The notes under the pieces: model-generated
What the model was told of the DNA's origin: nothing
Seen by the model: only the letters and a program-made list of their open reading frames with translations
The model's database searches: none
In this document: positions 9,336-17,315 of the stretch, in pieces
Numbering within the stretch: the first letter of the stretch is position 1
Layout: every line of letters begins with the position of its first letter
IMG/VR virus record: IMGVR_UViG_3300020194_001587
Location: 1 to 36,318 of that record
Direction: 5' to 3' (one strand)
DNA length: 36,318 nucleotides
Origin: a virus
Taxonomy: Duplodnaviria; Caudoviricetes
Made by a program: the position numbers and the translations under genes

Positions 9336-10259
9336 ATGGCTATATCAAGAAGTCAACTCGTTAAAGAGTTAGAGCCAGGTTTGAACGCTCTGTTCGGCTT
9401 GGAATACGCACGATATGATAACGAACATGCTCAAATCTTTGATGCTGAGTCATCTGACAGAGCATTTGAAGAAGAAGTAATGTTAGCAGGTTTCGGAACT
9501 GCACCCACCAAACAAGAAGGTGAGGGCGTAGCTTTCGATACAGCTAACGAAACTTTCACAGCTCGTTACCAACACGAAACAATTGCACTTGCATTCTCTA
9601 TCACTGAGGAAGCTGTAGAGGACAACCTTTACGACAGACTCGCTGCTAGATACACAAGAGCACTTGCTCGTTCAATGGCAAACACAAAGCAAGTTAAAGC
9701 TATGGCAGTTCTTAACAATGCTTTCGCTTCTGCTGGCGCTGCAGGAAGCAACCCAGGTGGTGACGGTGTATCACTTATTAATACACAACACCCACTTCAA
9801 ACTGGTGGTTTCCTATCAAACAGACTAGCAACAGATGCTGACTTGAACGAAACATCACTTGAGCAGGCACTTATCGACATCGCTGATTTCAGAGATGAGA
9901 GAGGCCTAAGAACAGCTATCAAAGGTATGAAACTAATCGTACCAAGACAGTTACAGTTCACTGCTGACAGACTAATGAACTCTACTTTAAGAGTTGGCAC
10001 AGCAGATAACGACATCAACGCAATCAGAAACATGTCAATGATTCCTGAAGGCTATGTCGTTAACCACTACTTAACTGACGCTGATGCTTTCTACATCAAA
10101 ACTGATGCTCCTAACGGATTCAAACACTTCACAAGAACTCCGTTAAAGACAGTGATGGAAGGTGACTTTGACACAGGTAACATCCGATACAAAGCAAGAG
10201 AGAGATACTCATTTGGTTTCTCTGATCCACGTTGTGTATTCGGTACATCTGGTGCATAA
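9336..10259 (+). CDS. major capsid protein (HK97 fold, Mu gpT-like family)
   Basis: RBS AGGAGG; 307 aa; MAISRSQLVKELEPGLNALFG, LIVPRQL and KARERYSFGFSDPR; followed by a terminator. Confidence 0.88.
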   Translation: MAISRSQLVKELEPGLNALFGLEYARYDNEHAQIFDAESSDRAFEEEVMLAGFGTAPTKQEGEGVAFDTANETFTARYQHETIALAFSITEEAVEDNLYDRLAARYTRALARSMANTKQVKAMAVLNNAFASAGAAGSNPGGDGVSLINTQHPLQTGGFLSNRLATDADLNETSLEQALIDIADFRDERGLRTAIKGMKLIVPRQLQFTADRLMNSTLRVGTADNDINAIRNMSMIPEGYVVNHYLTDADAFYIKTDAPNGFKHFTRTPLKTVMEGDFDTGNIRYKARERYSFGFSDPRCVFGTSGA

Positions 10260-10281
10260 GCATTGAAATATAACTAATATT

Positions 10282-10308
10282 AAAAGGGGCTTTAATGCCC
10301 CTTTTTTT
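10282..10308 (+). terminator. intrinsic terminator
   Basis: AAAAGGGGC-TTTAAT-GCCCCTTTTTTT; potentially bidirectional. Confidence 0.9.
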
Positions 10309-10321
10309 ATGTTATAAATAA

Positions 10322-10396
10322 GTATCTAGCGAAACAAGTTACATAGACTGAGCTAGCAGACGGTATAGAGACTATGTAACAAGGTCTATACAACCG
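10322..10396 (+). ncRNA. structured RNA, candidate Mu-gpT-DE-like motif
   Basis: Three helices, two crossing the central one: 10326-30/10352-56, 10338-46/10372-80 and 10363-69/10385-91; lies downstream of a gpT-like capsid gene. Confidence 0.6.
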
Positions 10397-10408
10397 AGGA
10401 GGTTTAAT

Positions 10409-10612
10409 ATGGCAAATACTACTTTTAGTGGACCAGTATTATCAGATAATGGTTTTATTGTTCCAACATACACATTATTGACATTACCAACAGCAACAGC
10501 AGGATTATTAATCTATGTTTCTGATGCAACTGGAGCTTCTTTAACAGGATCTCTTTGTTTTGGTAACGGTTCAAACTTTGTAGACGTAACTACTGGCGCA
10601 GCAGTAGTATAA
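10409..10612 (+). CDS. small putative virion protein
   Basis: RBS GAGGAGG; MANTTFSGPV N-terminus. Confidence 0.7.
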   Translation: MANTTFSGPVLSDNGFIVPTYTLLTLPTATAGLLIYVSDATGASLTGSLCFGNGSNFVDVTTGAAVV

Positions 10613-10623
10613 GGAGGTAAATC

Positions 10624-10911
10624 ATGGCCTTCGATAGTGATGTAAGTGTTAAAGGTGCAGGAGCTGATGCTACTACCGTAATCAATGCCTCAAGAGCACG
10701 TCTCAAAGGGTTTATTGTTGGTACAGGAGCAACTGGTAGTGATGGTACCGTAACATTCAGTGATGGTGGCGTTGCAAAATTTAACGTAGCTGTGACAGGT
10801 GGTACATCAGACGTGGCAATGAATATTCCTGAACAAGGTGTTGTATTCAAAACCAATCTGAGTGTGACGACTGTCAACACGACTTGTACTGTATTTTACA
10901 CAGGTGCATAA
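10624..10911 (+). CDS. putative virion protein (small, beta-rich)
   Basis: RBS AAGGAGG; IPEQGVVF motif. Confidence 0.7.
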   Translation: MAFDSDVSVKGAGADATTVINASRARLKGFIVGTGATGSDGTVTFSDGGVAKFNVAVTGGTSDVAMNIPEQGVVFKTNLSVTTVNTTCTVFYTGA

Positions 10912-11186
10912 TGGCGGACAAGCAACCACCAAAAACTAAAAAATATTTCCGCCCCACTAAACAAGGGGCGGGAATGACTCAAGCCGGTGTTAAGCGTTAT
11001 AGAGCCGAGAATCCTGGTTCGAAGTTAAAGACCGCAGTCACAGGCAAAGTAAAACCTGGCAGTAAAGATGCGAAGAGAAGAAAATCTTTTTGTGCTAGAA
11101 GTGCAGGACAAATGAAACAATTTCCTAAAGCTGCCAAAGATCCCAATTCAAGATTAAGACAAGCACGTAAACGTTGGAGATGTTAA
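10911..11186 (+). CDS. highly basic conserved phage protein
   Basis: ATG at 10911 coupled by TAATG; RRKSFCARS and ARKRWRC motifs. Confidence 0.75.
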   Translation: MADKQPPKTKKYFRPTKQGAGMTQAGVKRYRAENPGSKLKTAVTGKVKPGSKDAKRRKSFCARSAGQMKQFPKAAKDPNSRLRQARKRWRC

Positions 11187-11741
11187 ATGAAACACGATTG
11201 GTTAATCTACATAGTATCCATTGTGATGCTTTTATTGACTGCGAGCGTTACTCTTGCTGAAACCAACACTGTTTCATCGACCGTAGTTACAAATTCAACT
11301 CCTCCTACAGCTAATGCTCCCACCATTATGAATAATAACAGTGATATATGTAAAGTTGGTGTGGGGGCTAGTGTGCAAAATAACGTTGTTGGTGTTGCTA
11401 CAGGCGTTGTTATTGACGACGAGCTATGTCAAAAATTAAAATTATCAAGATCTATGTATGCCTACGGCATGAAAGTTGCAGCTGTTTCTATTCTTTGCCA
11501 AGATGCAAGAGTATGGGATGCGATGACGGATGCCGGAACTCCTTGTCCCGCACGAGGATCTATCGGAGCAGAAGCCGCTGAATATTGGACAGATAATCCA
11601 GATGAAATTCCAGACGGAAGTAAATACAAAACAGAATACGTTCAAGCCAACAAACCAGAACCTAAGGAGTTCAGTGATGCTGACAATGCTTTATTATTTA
11701 AAACTTTGTTTATTATTGCTACTGGTTTCCTTATCCTCTAA
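11187..11741 (+). CDS. exported Cys-containing protein with C-terminal membrane anchor
   Basis: Signal peptide (VTLA|ET), four Cys, GMKVAAVSILCQD...AGTPCP and a hydrophobic C-terminus. Confidence 0.75.
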   Translation: MKHDWLIYIVSIVMLLLTASVTLAETNTVSSTVVTNSTPPTANAPTIMNNNSDICKVGVGASVQNNVVGVATGVVIDDELCQKLKLSRSMYAYGMKVAAVSILCQDARVWDAMTDAGTPCPARGSIGAEAAEYWTDNPDEIPDGSKYKTEYVQANKPEPKEFSDADNALLFKTLFIIATGFLIL

Positions 11742-13023
11742 AGCAGATACCTGTTTACCTGATGCCGAAGGACTTTGTACTCCGGGCGTTACTGTAGAGG
11801 AACAAGTGACTGTAGAAAAAACAGAAGAAGATAAAGGCACAGAGATTATCTTTACCACTACCACAACAAAGACTATCACGACAACCACTGTCACCAATGA
11901 AGATTCAGGTAATATTGTGGATGAACCTGATATGAATTTTGACTGGGGTGGCGAGGGTCCTGCGAGTATGCCATCAGGAACTTACTGTGGTGATTTAGGA
12001 ACCGATACCTGTGCAGAAATTACAGGCAGTGGTGATACTAAATCTCGTATGCTAGTTGATGGCATGGGATCTACTTTTTATCAAGAAGTTGACATTTCTG
12101 ATTTAAGCATAGATAACGGTGGTGAGGTTACATATTCCATAAAAGTCGATAAACAAGATGCTCAAGATAGAATCTACATGCACGTTACAGGAACTGGTGG
12201 AGGGACTACCGTCTTTTCAGGTACTGACATCCTGTCTGAATCTGGCGTATCATCAGGTTACCAATCATATAATGGGTCTTTCGATTTCAGTGGCGTTCTA
12301 AGTAAGATTACTATCGAAATAGGCGGTCGAGATATTAATCTTGCCGTCGGTCCTTTGTTTGACGACGTGTCCGTCAATGTTTTTTACAATGTGATTTCCA
12401 CAATCATAGAACAACAAATAACCACGGTCGAAGAAATAGTTTACCTAAATCTAACAGATCCTACTCAAATAGATTTGATAGAAGAAATCATTGAATACAA
12501 CGATATTAAAATTGATGATGCGGGAAAAGTAGAGTTTATTCCTATTGAGCCACCAAAAGAAGAGATTACTTATGAAACTGTCGAAGTAGAAATAGATGTA
12601 AAAATAGAGGATATTGAACCCGAGATGGAAACTATGGAAGAAGAAATAAAAGCTGAAATAGAGATCGTTGAGGAGCCTGTTGAAGAAATAGTCGTAGAAG
12701 CAGTTGAAGAAGAATCTTCTGTAGAAGAGATAAAGGAAGAAACAAAAGAAGAACCTACAGCAAAAGAAAAAGCAGCTACAAAAATTGTAAAAGAGATTGA
12801 TGATAAAGAAAGATATGATGACACTGCTCAAACAAAAACCTTAATTGTTATGCAAATACTCGGAGATACTAAAACATTTTTTAATTCACAATCTACAATT
12901 ATTGATACCGATGTTAATGAATATTTAAACAAGACAATAGAGGATCAATATGGTATTTTATTTAGTAATGCACAAGATCAATTAATGAATCAAATGGTGG
13001 AGAGTCAATATGGCGGAGATTGA
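11677..13023 (+). CDS. large exported acidic protein
   Basis: AAGGAG (11664-69) precedes ATG 11677, giving a signal peptide (LLLLLVSLSSKA|DTC); beta-rich domain then a Glu-rich stalk. Confidence 0.7.
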   Translation: MLTMLYYLKLCLLLLLVSLSSKADTCLPDAEGLCTPGVTVEEQVTVEKTEEDKGTEIIFTTTTTKTITTTTVTNEDSGNIVDEPDMNFDWGGEGPASMPSGTYCGDLGTDTCAEITGSGDTKSRMLVDGMGSTFYQEVDISDLSIDNGGEVTYSIKVDKQDAQDRIYMHVTGTGGGTTVFSGTDILSESGVSSGYQSYNGSFDFSGVLSKITIEIGGRDINLAVGPLFDDVSVNVFYNVISTIIEQQITTVEEIVYLNLTDPTQIDLIEEIIEYNDIKIDDAGKVEFIPIEPPKEEITYETVEVEIDVKIEDIEPEMETMEEEIKAEIEIVEEPVEEIVVEAVEEESSVEEIKEETKEEPTAKEKAATKIVKEIDDKERYDDTAQTKTLIVMQILGDTKTFFNSQSTIIDTDVNEYLNKTIEDQYGILFSNAQDQLMNQMVESQYGGD

Positions 13024-13468
13024 ATATGGTGGAATTAAAATTAAAGGTGGTAAAATCCTTATTATACTGTCTTTGCTTGGTACCTTGGGTGGTGCTGCTT
13101 GGACAGGCTTTACATTTTACAAAGACTATCTTGATATGAAGGCAAAAATTCAAGAGTACACAGCACCTGATCTCTCTCATTATGATGAGCAAATAGCAGT
13201 TTTAAAAGCAGAAATAGATTCTATTTTAGATGAAATAACCCTAGTATCTGACGTAGCAAAAGACTTAAAAAACGATATGAAAACAGATTTAAGATCAATG
13301 AATGATGATATTCGACATATTACAAAAATAGTTAATGATATAGAAGACAGACAAAAAGAAGATACAAGAGAGATATTTGAGGAGTTGAAAATTATTGAAG
13401 ATGATTTAAACTTGAATATAAATAAAGCTTTAAATAACCCTTTAAATAATATGAGTGCAACTAAATGA
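13010..13468 (+). CDS. N-terminal TM + coiled-coil protein
   Basis: ILIILSLLGTLGGAAW helix followed by heptad-rich sequence. Confidence 0.7.
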   Translation: MAEIEYGGIKIKGGKILIILSLLGTLGGAAWTGFTFYKDYLDMKAKIQEYTAPDLSHYDEQIAVLKAEIDSILDEITLVSDVAKDLKNDMKTDLRSMNDDIRHITKIVNDIEDRQKEDTREIFEELKIIEDDLNLNINKALNNPLNNMSATK

Positions 13469-13707
13469 ACATAGACCTAAAAACAGTCCTACCTTATTTG
13501 GTACTTTTAGTAACCTTGGGTATGAGCTGGGGGATGATGTCAGAAAGATTAAATGCAGTAGAGGGAAAAGCAGATAGTGTTGCACAAATGCAACAAGATA
13601 TTGCTATCATCAAAAATACTTTGTCTACAATGAATGATCGTATGAATAAAATGGATGATCGAATTGCCTGGATAGAAGAATTTCTAATTAAAACAAGTGA
13701 TTTTTAA
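13465..13707 (+). CDS. small TM + coiled-coil protein
   Basis: ATGA overlap; hydrophobic N-terminus then heptads. Confidence 0.7.
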   Translation: MNIDLKTVLPYLVLLVTLGMSWGMMSERLNAVEGKADSVAQMQQDIAIIKNTLSTMNDRMNKMDDRIAWIEEFLIKTSDF

Positions 13708-13850
13708 TGGCCAAAAAGCAAACAGACTCTTCCAAAATAATTGAACATGTAGCTAAAAAAACTACGATCGGTGACGGTAGAATAAGTTGGTCCACAATGA
13801 ATAAACACAAAAGAAGAAATTTTAAAGAATATAGAGGTCAAGGTAGATAA
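13707..13850 (+). CDS. 47-aa basic peptide ending YRGQGR (not in ORF track)
   Basis: MAKKQTDSSKIIEHVAKKTTIGDGRISWSTMNKHKRRNFKEYRGQGR; TAATG coupling at both ends. Confidence 0.75.
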   Translation: MAKKQTDSSKIIEHVAKKTTIGDGRISWSTMNKHKRRNFKEYRGQGR

Positions 13851-13978
13851 TGATAAAATGTGAAAAATGTGGATGTCTTTGTCATTGTGAGATGACTTGT
13901 ATGTGTGAATGTGCGGGGTGTGAACATGGCGATCAGCAGAGCTCAAATGAGCAAGCAAATAACGAATCCGGGGAGTAA
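13850..13978 (+). CDS. 42-aa Cys-rich, metallothionein-like peptide (not in ORF track)
   Basis: MIKCEKCGCLCHCEMTCMCECAGCEH...; 9 Cys and 2 His in the first 26 aa; TAATG coupling. Confidence 0.7.
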   Translation: MIKCEKCGCLCHCEMTCMCECAGCEHGDQQSSNEQANNESGE

Positions 13979-14045
13979 GAAAAATGGCAAAACTATGCGC
14001 AAAAGGAAAAGCGGCGGCAAAAAGAAAATTCGACGTCTACCCTAG
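13926..14045 (+). CDS. 39-aa basic peptide with capsid-like N-terminus (not in ORF track)
   Basis: MAISRAQMSKQITNPGSKKNGKTMRKRKSGGKKKIRRLP; GGGGTG upstream; overlaps both neighbours. Confidence 0.5.
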   Translation: MAISRAQMSKQITNPGSKKNGKTMRKRKSGGKKKIRRLP

Positions 14046-14172
14046 TGCCTACGCTAATATGTACGCTAGTGCTGTTTGTTCTGGCAAAGTAAAACAAAAA
14101 GCATCAAACACAGGACCAAAACCCTCTATGGTTAAAACAATTGTCAAGAAGAAAACAAGCAGAAAAAATTAA
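13984..14172 (+). CDS. small basic conserved phage protein
   Basis: RBS GGGGAG; AKRKFDVYPSAYAN motif. Confidence 0.75.
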   Translation: MAKLCAKGKAAAKRKFDVYPSAYANMYASAVCSGKVKQKASNTGPKPSMVKTIVKKKTSRKN

Positions 14173-14716
14173 ACTTGATGTAGTCAATTGGTCTAAGACA
14201 GTCTTAGAACCAATGAACAAACATATTGGCTTCCCTGCTTGTCCATTTGCAGCGAAATGGAGAAAGGACAATAAATTACGAATTGAAGTTCGTATGGATA
14301 AATCCAAGTATGAAAAGCAATTAACCGATGTCATTAAATCTTGGAATAAGAAACAACACGATATTATTATTTATTGTGATCCGTTTTTTGAACAATATAC
14401 ACCGGAAAAGTTTCAAGAAAAGATAGATTTTTATAACAAGACCTATAATCGACGAGATGTATATTTTATGGGCTTTCATCCTGAAACACCCGCTAATCCC
14501 GATAGTGAAGCCTTTCTTTGTGACCCTACAGAAGAACCAGTGGAACATTCTGAATTAAAGTATTCCATGATACTTATACAGAAGTTTAAACAACTCTATG
14601 AAGCAAGTTGCAAACTTCATAAGATAGGCTATTATGAGAAATGGCCAAAGGAATACTACGAAGAAGTAGTAGCTGAGAGGCAACGTACGTACGAACAATT
14701 ATTTAAAAAGAGGTAA
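14141..14716 (+). CDS. hypothetical protein (DUF1415-like)
   Basis: TTG start uncertain; CPFA and FMGFHP motifs. Confidence 0.55.
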   Translation: MSRRKQAEKIKLDVVNWSKTVLEPMNKHIGFPACPFAAKWRKDNKLRIEVRMDKSKYEKQLTDVIKSWNKKQHDIIIYCDPFFEQYTPEKFQEKIDFYNKTYNRRDVYFMGFHPETPANPDSEAFLCDPTEEPVEHSELKYSMILIQKFKQLYEASCKLHKIGYYEKWPKEYYEEVVAERQRTYEQLFKKR

Positions 14717-14721
14717 TTATC

Positions 14722-14850
14722 ATGGCAGGTAAAAAGAAACAAGTAATCAAAAAACGAGGCGGAGGCATGGCGAAGAAAAAACAAGTCATGAAGAAGCGTG
14801 GTGGTGGAATGGCTATTTCTCCACGTAAAAAAATGGCAATGGGAATGTAA
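14722..14850 (+). CDS. 42-aa basic peptide with internal tandem repeat (not in ORF track)
   Basis: MAGKKKQVIKKRGGGMAKKKQVMKKRGGGMAISPRKKMAMGM; RBS GAGGT. Confidence 0.75.
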   Translation: MAGKKKQVIKKRGGGMAKKKQVMKKRGGGMAISPRKKMAMGM

Positions 14851-14856
14851 TTTAGT

Positions 14857-15525
14857 ATGGCTACTTCAGGAACAACAGATTTTAATCTTAACATTGACGA
14901 GGTTATCGAGGAGTCTTATGAGCGAATTGGTAAATCCGTTAGAACAGGTTATGATTTAAAATCAGCTAGAAGAAGTTTGAATCTTCTATTATCTGAATGG
15001 GGTAATCGAGGAGTTCATCTTTGGAAGGTAACAAACTACACTCAAAACCTAGTAGCCAATACTACTACTTACACTGCTCCGGCAGATTGTAGTGATGTTT
15101 TAGAAGCAGTCTTTCGAAATGGTAGTATCGATACTACCCTAAACAAAATTTCAAGATCAGAGTATCAAGCGATACCTAATAAAAGTTCGACAGGAACTCC
15201 TTCTCAATATTATGTGAGAAGAAATTTATCGAATGTAGAAATTAGTTTATATCAAACACCAGGCACAACTGGTACTCAGATTAATTACTATTATGTGGCC
15301 AGGATTGAAGATGCTGGTGCTTACACCAACACACCCGATGCTCCTTACAGATTTTTACCTTGTATGGTTTCTGGTTTATCTTTTTATCTGGCACAGAAAC
15401 ACAATCCAGGAAGAGTACAAGAAATGAAACTGTATTATGAAGATGAACTACAAAGAGCATTGACTGAGGACGGTCAGCGAACTTCTGTGCATCTTGTACC
15501 ACAGAATTATTTTAGGAACGGTTAA
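14857..15525 (+). CDS. head-tail adaptor / tail tubular-like protein
   Basis: Helical N-terminus (ARRSLNLLLSEW), TGTPSQYY motif and position in the module. Confidence 0.65.
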   Translation: MATSGTTDFNLNIDEVIEESYERIGKSVRTGYDLKSARRSLNLLLSEWGNRGVHLWKVTNYTQNLVANTTTYTAPADCSDVLEAVFRNGSIDTTLNKISRSEYQAIPNKSSTGTPSQYYVRRNLSNVEISLYQTPGTTGTQINYYYVARIEDAGAYTNTPDAPYRFLPCMVSGLSFYLAQKHNPGRVQEMKLYYEDELQRALTEDGQRTSVHLVPQNYFRNG

Positions 15526-15527
15526 TA

Positions 15528-15857
15528 ATGGCATTTGCGTCGGGTAAATATTCACAAGCCATTTGTGATCGATGTGGCTATCAGTATCCCTATTTAGAAC
15601 TGCGAAAAGAATGGAATGGACTCTTTACTTGTCCAGAATGTTTTGAGCCGAAACATCCTCAATTAGATCCTCCATATCACGCACCAGATCCCGAAGCATT
15701 GAAAAATGCAAGACCTGATCGAATTGAACCTATTGTTGTACAAGTAGGGTATCCCAACGAAACACCTTTTAGTAGTGTGGGAATGCAACCAGCACCTATA
15801 AGAAAAGACTTGGTAATGCGAATGAGTATTGGTAATGTAACGGTGAGCACATCATGA
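15528..15857 (+). CDS. Zn-finger-like conserved virion-module protein
   Basis: CDRC...CPECFEPKHPQ. Confidence 0.7.
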   Translation: MAFASGKYSQAICDRCGYQYPYLELRKEWNGLFTCPECFEPKHPQLDPPYHAPDPEALKNARPDRIEPIVVQVGYPNETPFSSVGMQPAPIRKDLVMRMSIGNVTVSTS

Positions 15858-16516
15858 ATTATTCTGAATTATTAACTAATGTACGTAATTATACTGAAGT
15901 AGGATCAGAAGTTTTATCTGACTCTATTATTGATGTTTTTATTACTAATGTTGAAAATAAAGTTCAAAGAGAACTTGACCTTGATGCCTTTCGAAAGTTT
16001 CAGTTTTCTAGTTTTACCATTGGTAGTCCTTTTATCACCATGCCTGATGATTTTGCTTTTGAGCGAGGAGTTCAAATTAAAGATCAAATAACAGGAAATC
16101 GAACATGGTTAGAACAAAGAGATACAACTTTTATTGATGAATATAATAAAGATCGTTCCGATACAGGAACTCCCCAATACTACGCTAACTGGGATCAAAA
16201 TACGATGATCTTTGCTCCTGCACCCGATGCAGCTTATGAAATTGAATTATGGTATAACAAAACACCCGATCATTTATCAAGTAGTCAAACAACGACTTGG
16301 TTGTCTATCAACGCACCCGAAGTTTTAATTTATGGTACAGTGGTTGAGGCTTTTTCCTACTTGAAAAATCCTCCATATGTGCAATTATACGATCAAAAGT
16401 ACGCTCAAGCAGTGCAATTTTTAGCACAAACTCAAATGGGCAGAAAACGTAGAGATGAATACGCAGATGGGGTCCTTCGTATTCCTCTTAAATCAGTAGA
16501 TCCCGGAGGTAACTAA
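15854..16516 (+). CDS. second adaptor-like protein
   Basis: MNYSEL, TGTPQYYA, FAPAPD and WLSINAPEVLIYG motifs. Confidence 0.65.
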   Translation: MNYSELLTNVRNYTEVGSEVLSDSIIDVFITNVENKVQRELDLDAFRKFQFSSFTIGSPFITMPDDFAFERGVQIKDQITGNRTWLEQRDTTFIDEYNKDRSDTGTPQYYANWDQNTMIFAPAPDAAYEIELWYNKTPDHLSSSQTTTWLSINAPEVLIYGTVVEAFSYLKNPPYVQLYDQKYAQAVQFLAQTQMGRKRRDEYADGVLRIPLKSVDPGGN

Positions 16517-16518
16517 AG

Positions 16519-16959
16519 ATGGCAATTACACAAGCAGTCTGTGATAGTTTTAAAGTAGAACTATTAGAAGGCGAACATAACTTTGCATCTGCTGGAGGAA
16601 ATACCTTTAAACTTGCTTTGTATGACGCATCTGCAACTTTAAGCAACACAACAACTGCTTATTCTGCAACTAACGAAGTAGGTGATTCAGGTACATATTC
16701 TGCTGGTGGAGGCACATTAACTAATTCTGGTGCTGCGGGTACAGGTGCAACAGCATTTATTGATTTTAGTGATTTAAGTTTTACCAGTGCAACAATTTCT
16801 GCTCAAGCAGCAGTTATTTATAATACAAACTCTACTACCAATACAAACGCATCCGTTATGGTTTTAGATTTTGGTGCAGTAAAAACTTCAACATCAGGAA
16901 CTTTTACAATTCAATTCCCAACAGCCGACGCTTCAAACGCAATCCTAAGAATATCCTAA
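16519..16959 (+). CDS. putative tail structural protein
   Basis: FKLALY, YSAGG and GTFTIQFP motifs; RBS GGAGG. Confidence 0.65.
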   Translation: MAITQAVCDSFKVELLEGEHNFASAGGNTFKLALYDASATLSNTTTAYSATNEVGDSGTYSAGGGTLTNSGAAGTGATAFIDFSDLSFTSATISAQAAVIYNTNSTTNTNASVMVLDFGAVKTSTSGTFTIQFPTADASNAILRIS

Positions 16960-16969
16960 GGAGTAGTTC

Positions 16970-17311
16970 GTGGCATTTGTTGTAGCGGATAGAGTTAAAG
17001 AGACCAGTACAACAACTGGAACAGGCGATTTTACATTAGCAGGAGCTGAGGACGGCTTTCAAGCTTTTAGTGCAGCCATCGGCACTAGCAACTCAACCTT
17101 CTATTGTATCTCCGATCAGTCTGGAACAGATTTTGAAGTTGGTGTTGGTACTTTAACAGGAAGCACAACCTTTCAACGAGATGCAGTTCTTACTTCCTCC
17201 AACTCTAATAATCTTGTAAACTTTGGTGCAGGGACTAAGGATGTGTTCTGCACACAACCTGCTGAACAACCTCACGATTCAACTTTGGTAGCATCCATAG
17301 CCCTAGGATAA
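16970..17311 (+). CDS. tail-fibre N-terminal-like protein
   Basis: GTG start with AAGGAG; ADRVKETSTTTGTG...FGAGTKDVFCT. Confidence 0.6.
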   Translation: MAFVVADRVKETSTTTGTGDFTLAGAEDGFQAFSAAIGTSNSTFYCISDQSGTDFEVGVGTLTGSTTFQRDAVLTSSNSNNLVNFGAGTKDVFCTQPAEQPHDSTLVASIALG

Positions 17312-17315
17312 GGCT

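Noticed and set aside
11530-11676. Long N-terminal extension of the 497-aa ORF
   Set aside because: The RBS and signal peptide support a start at 11677 (or 11686).
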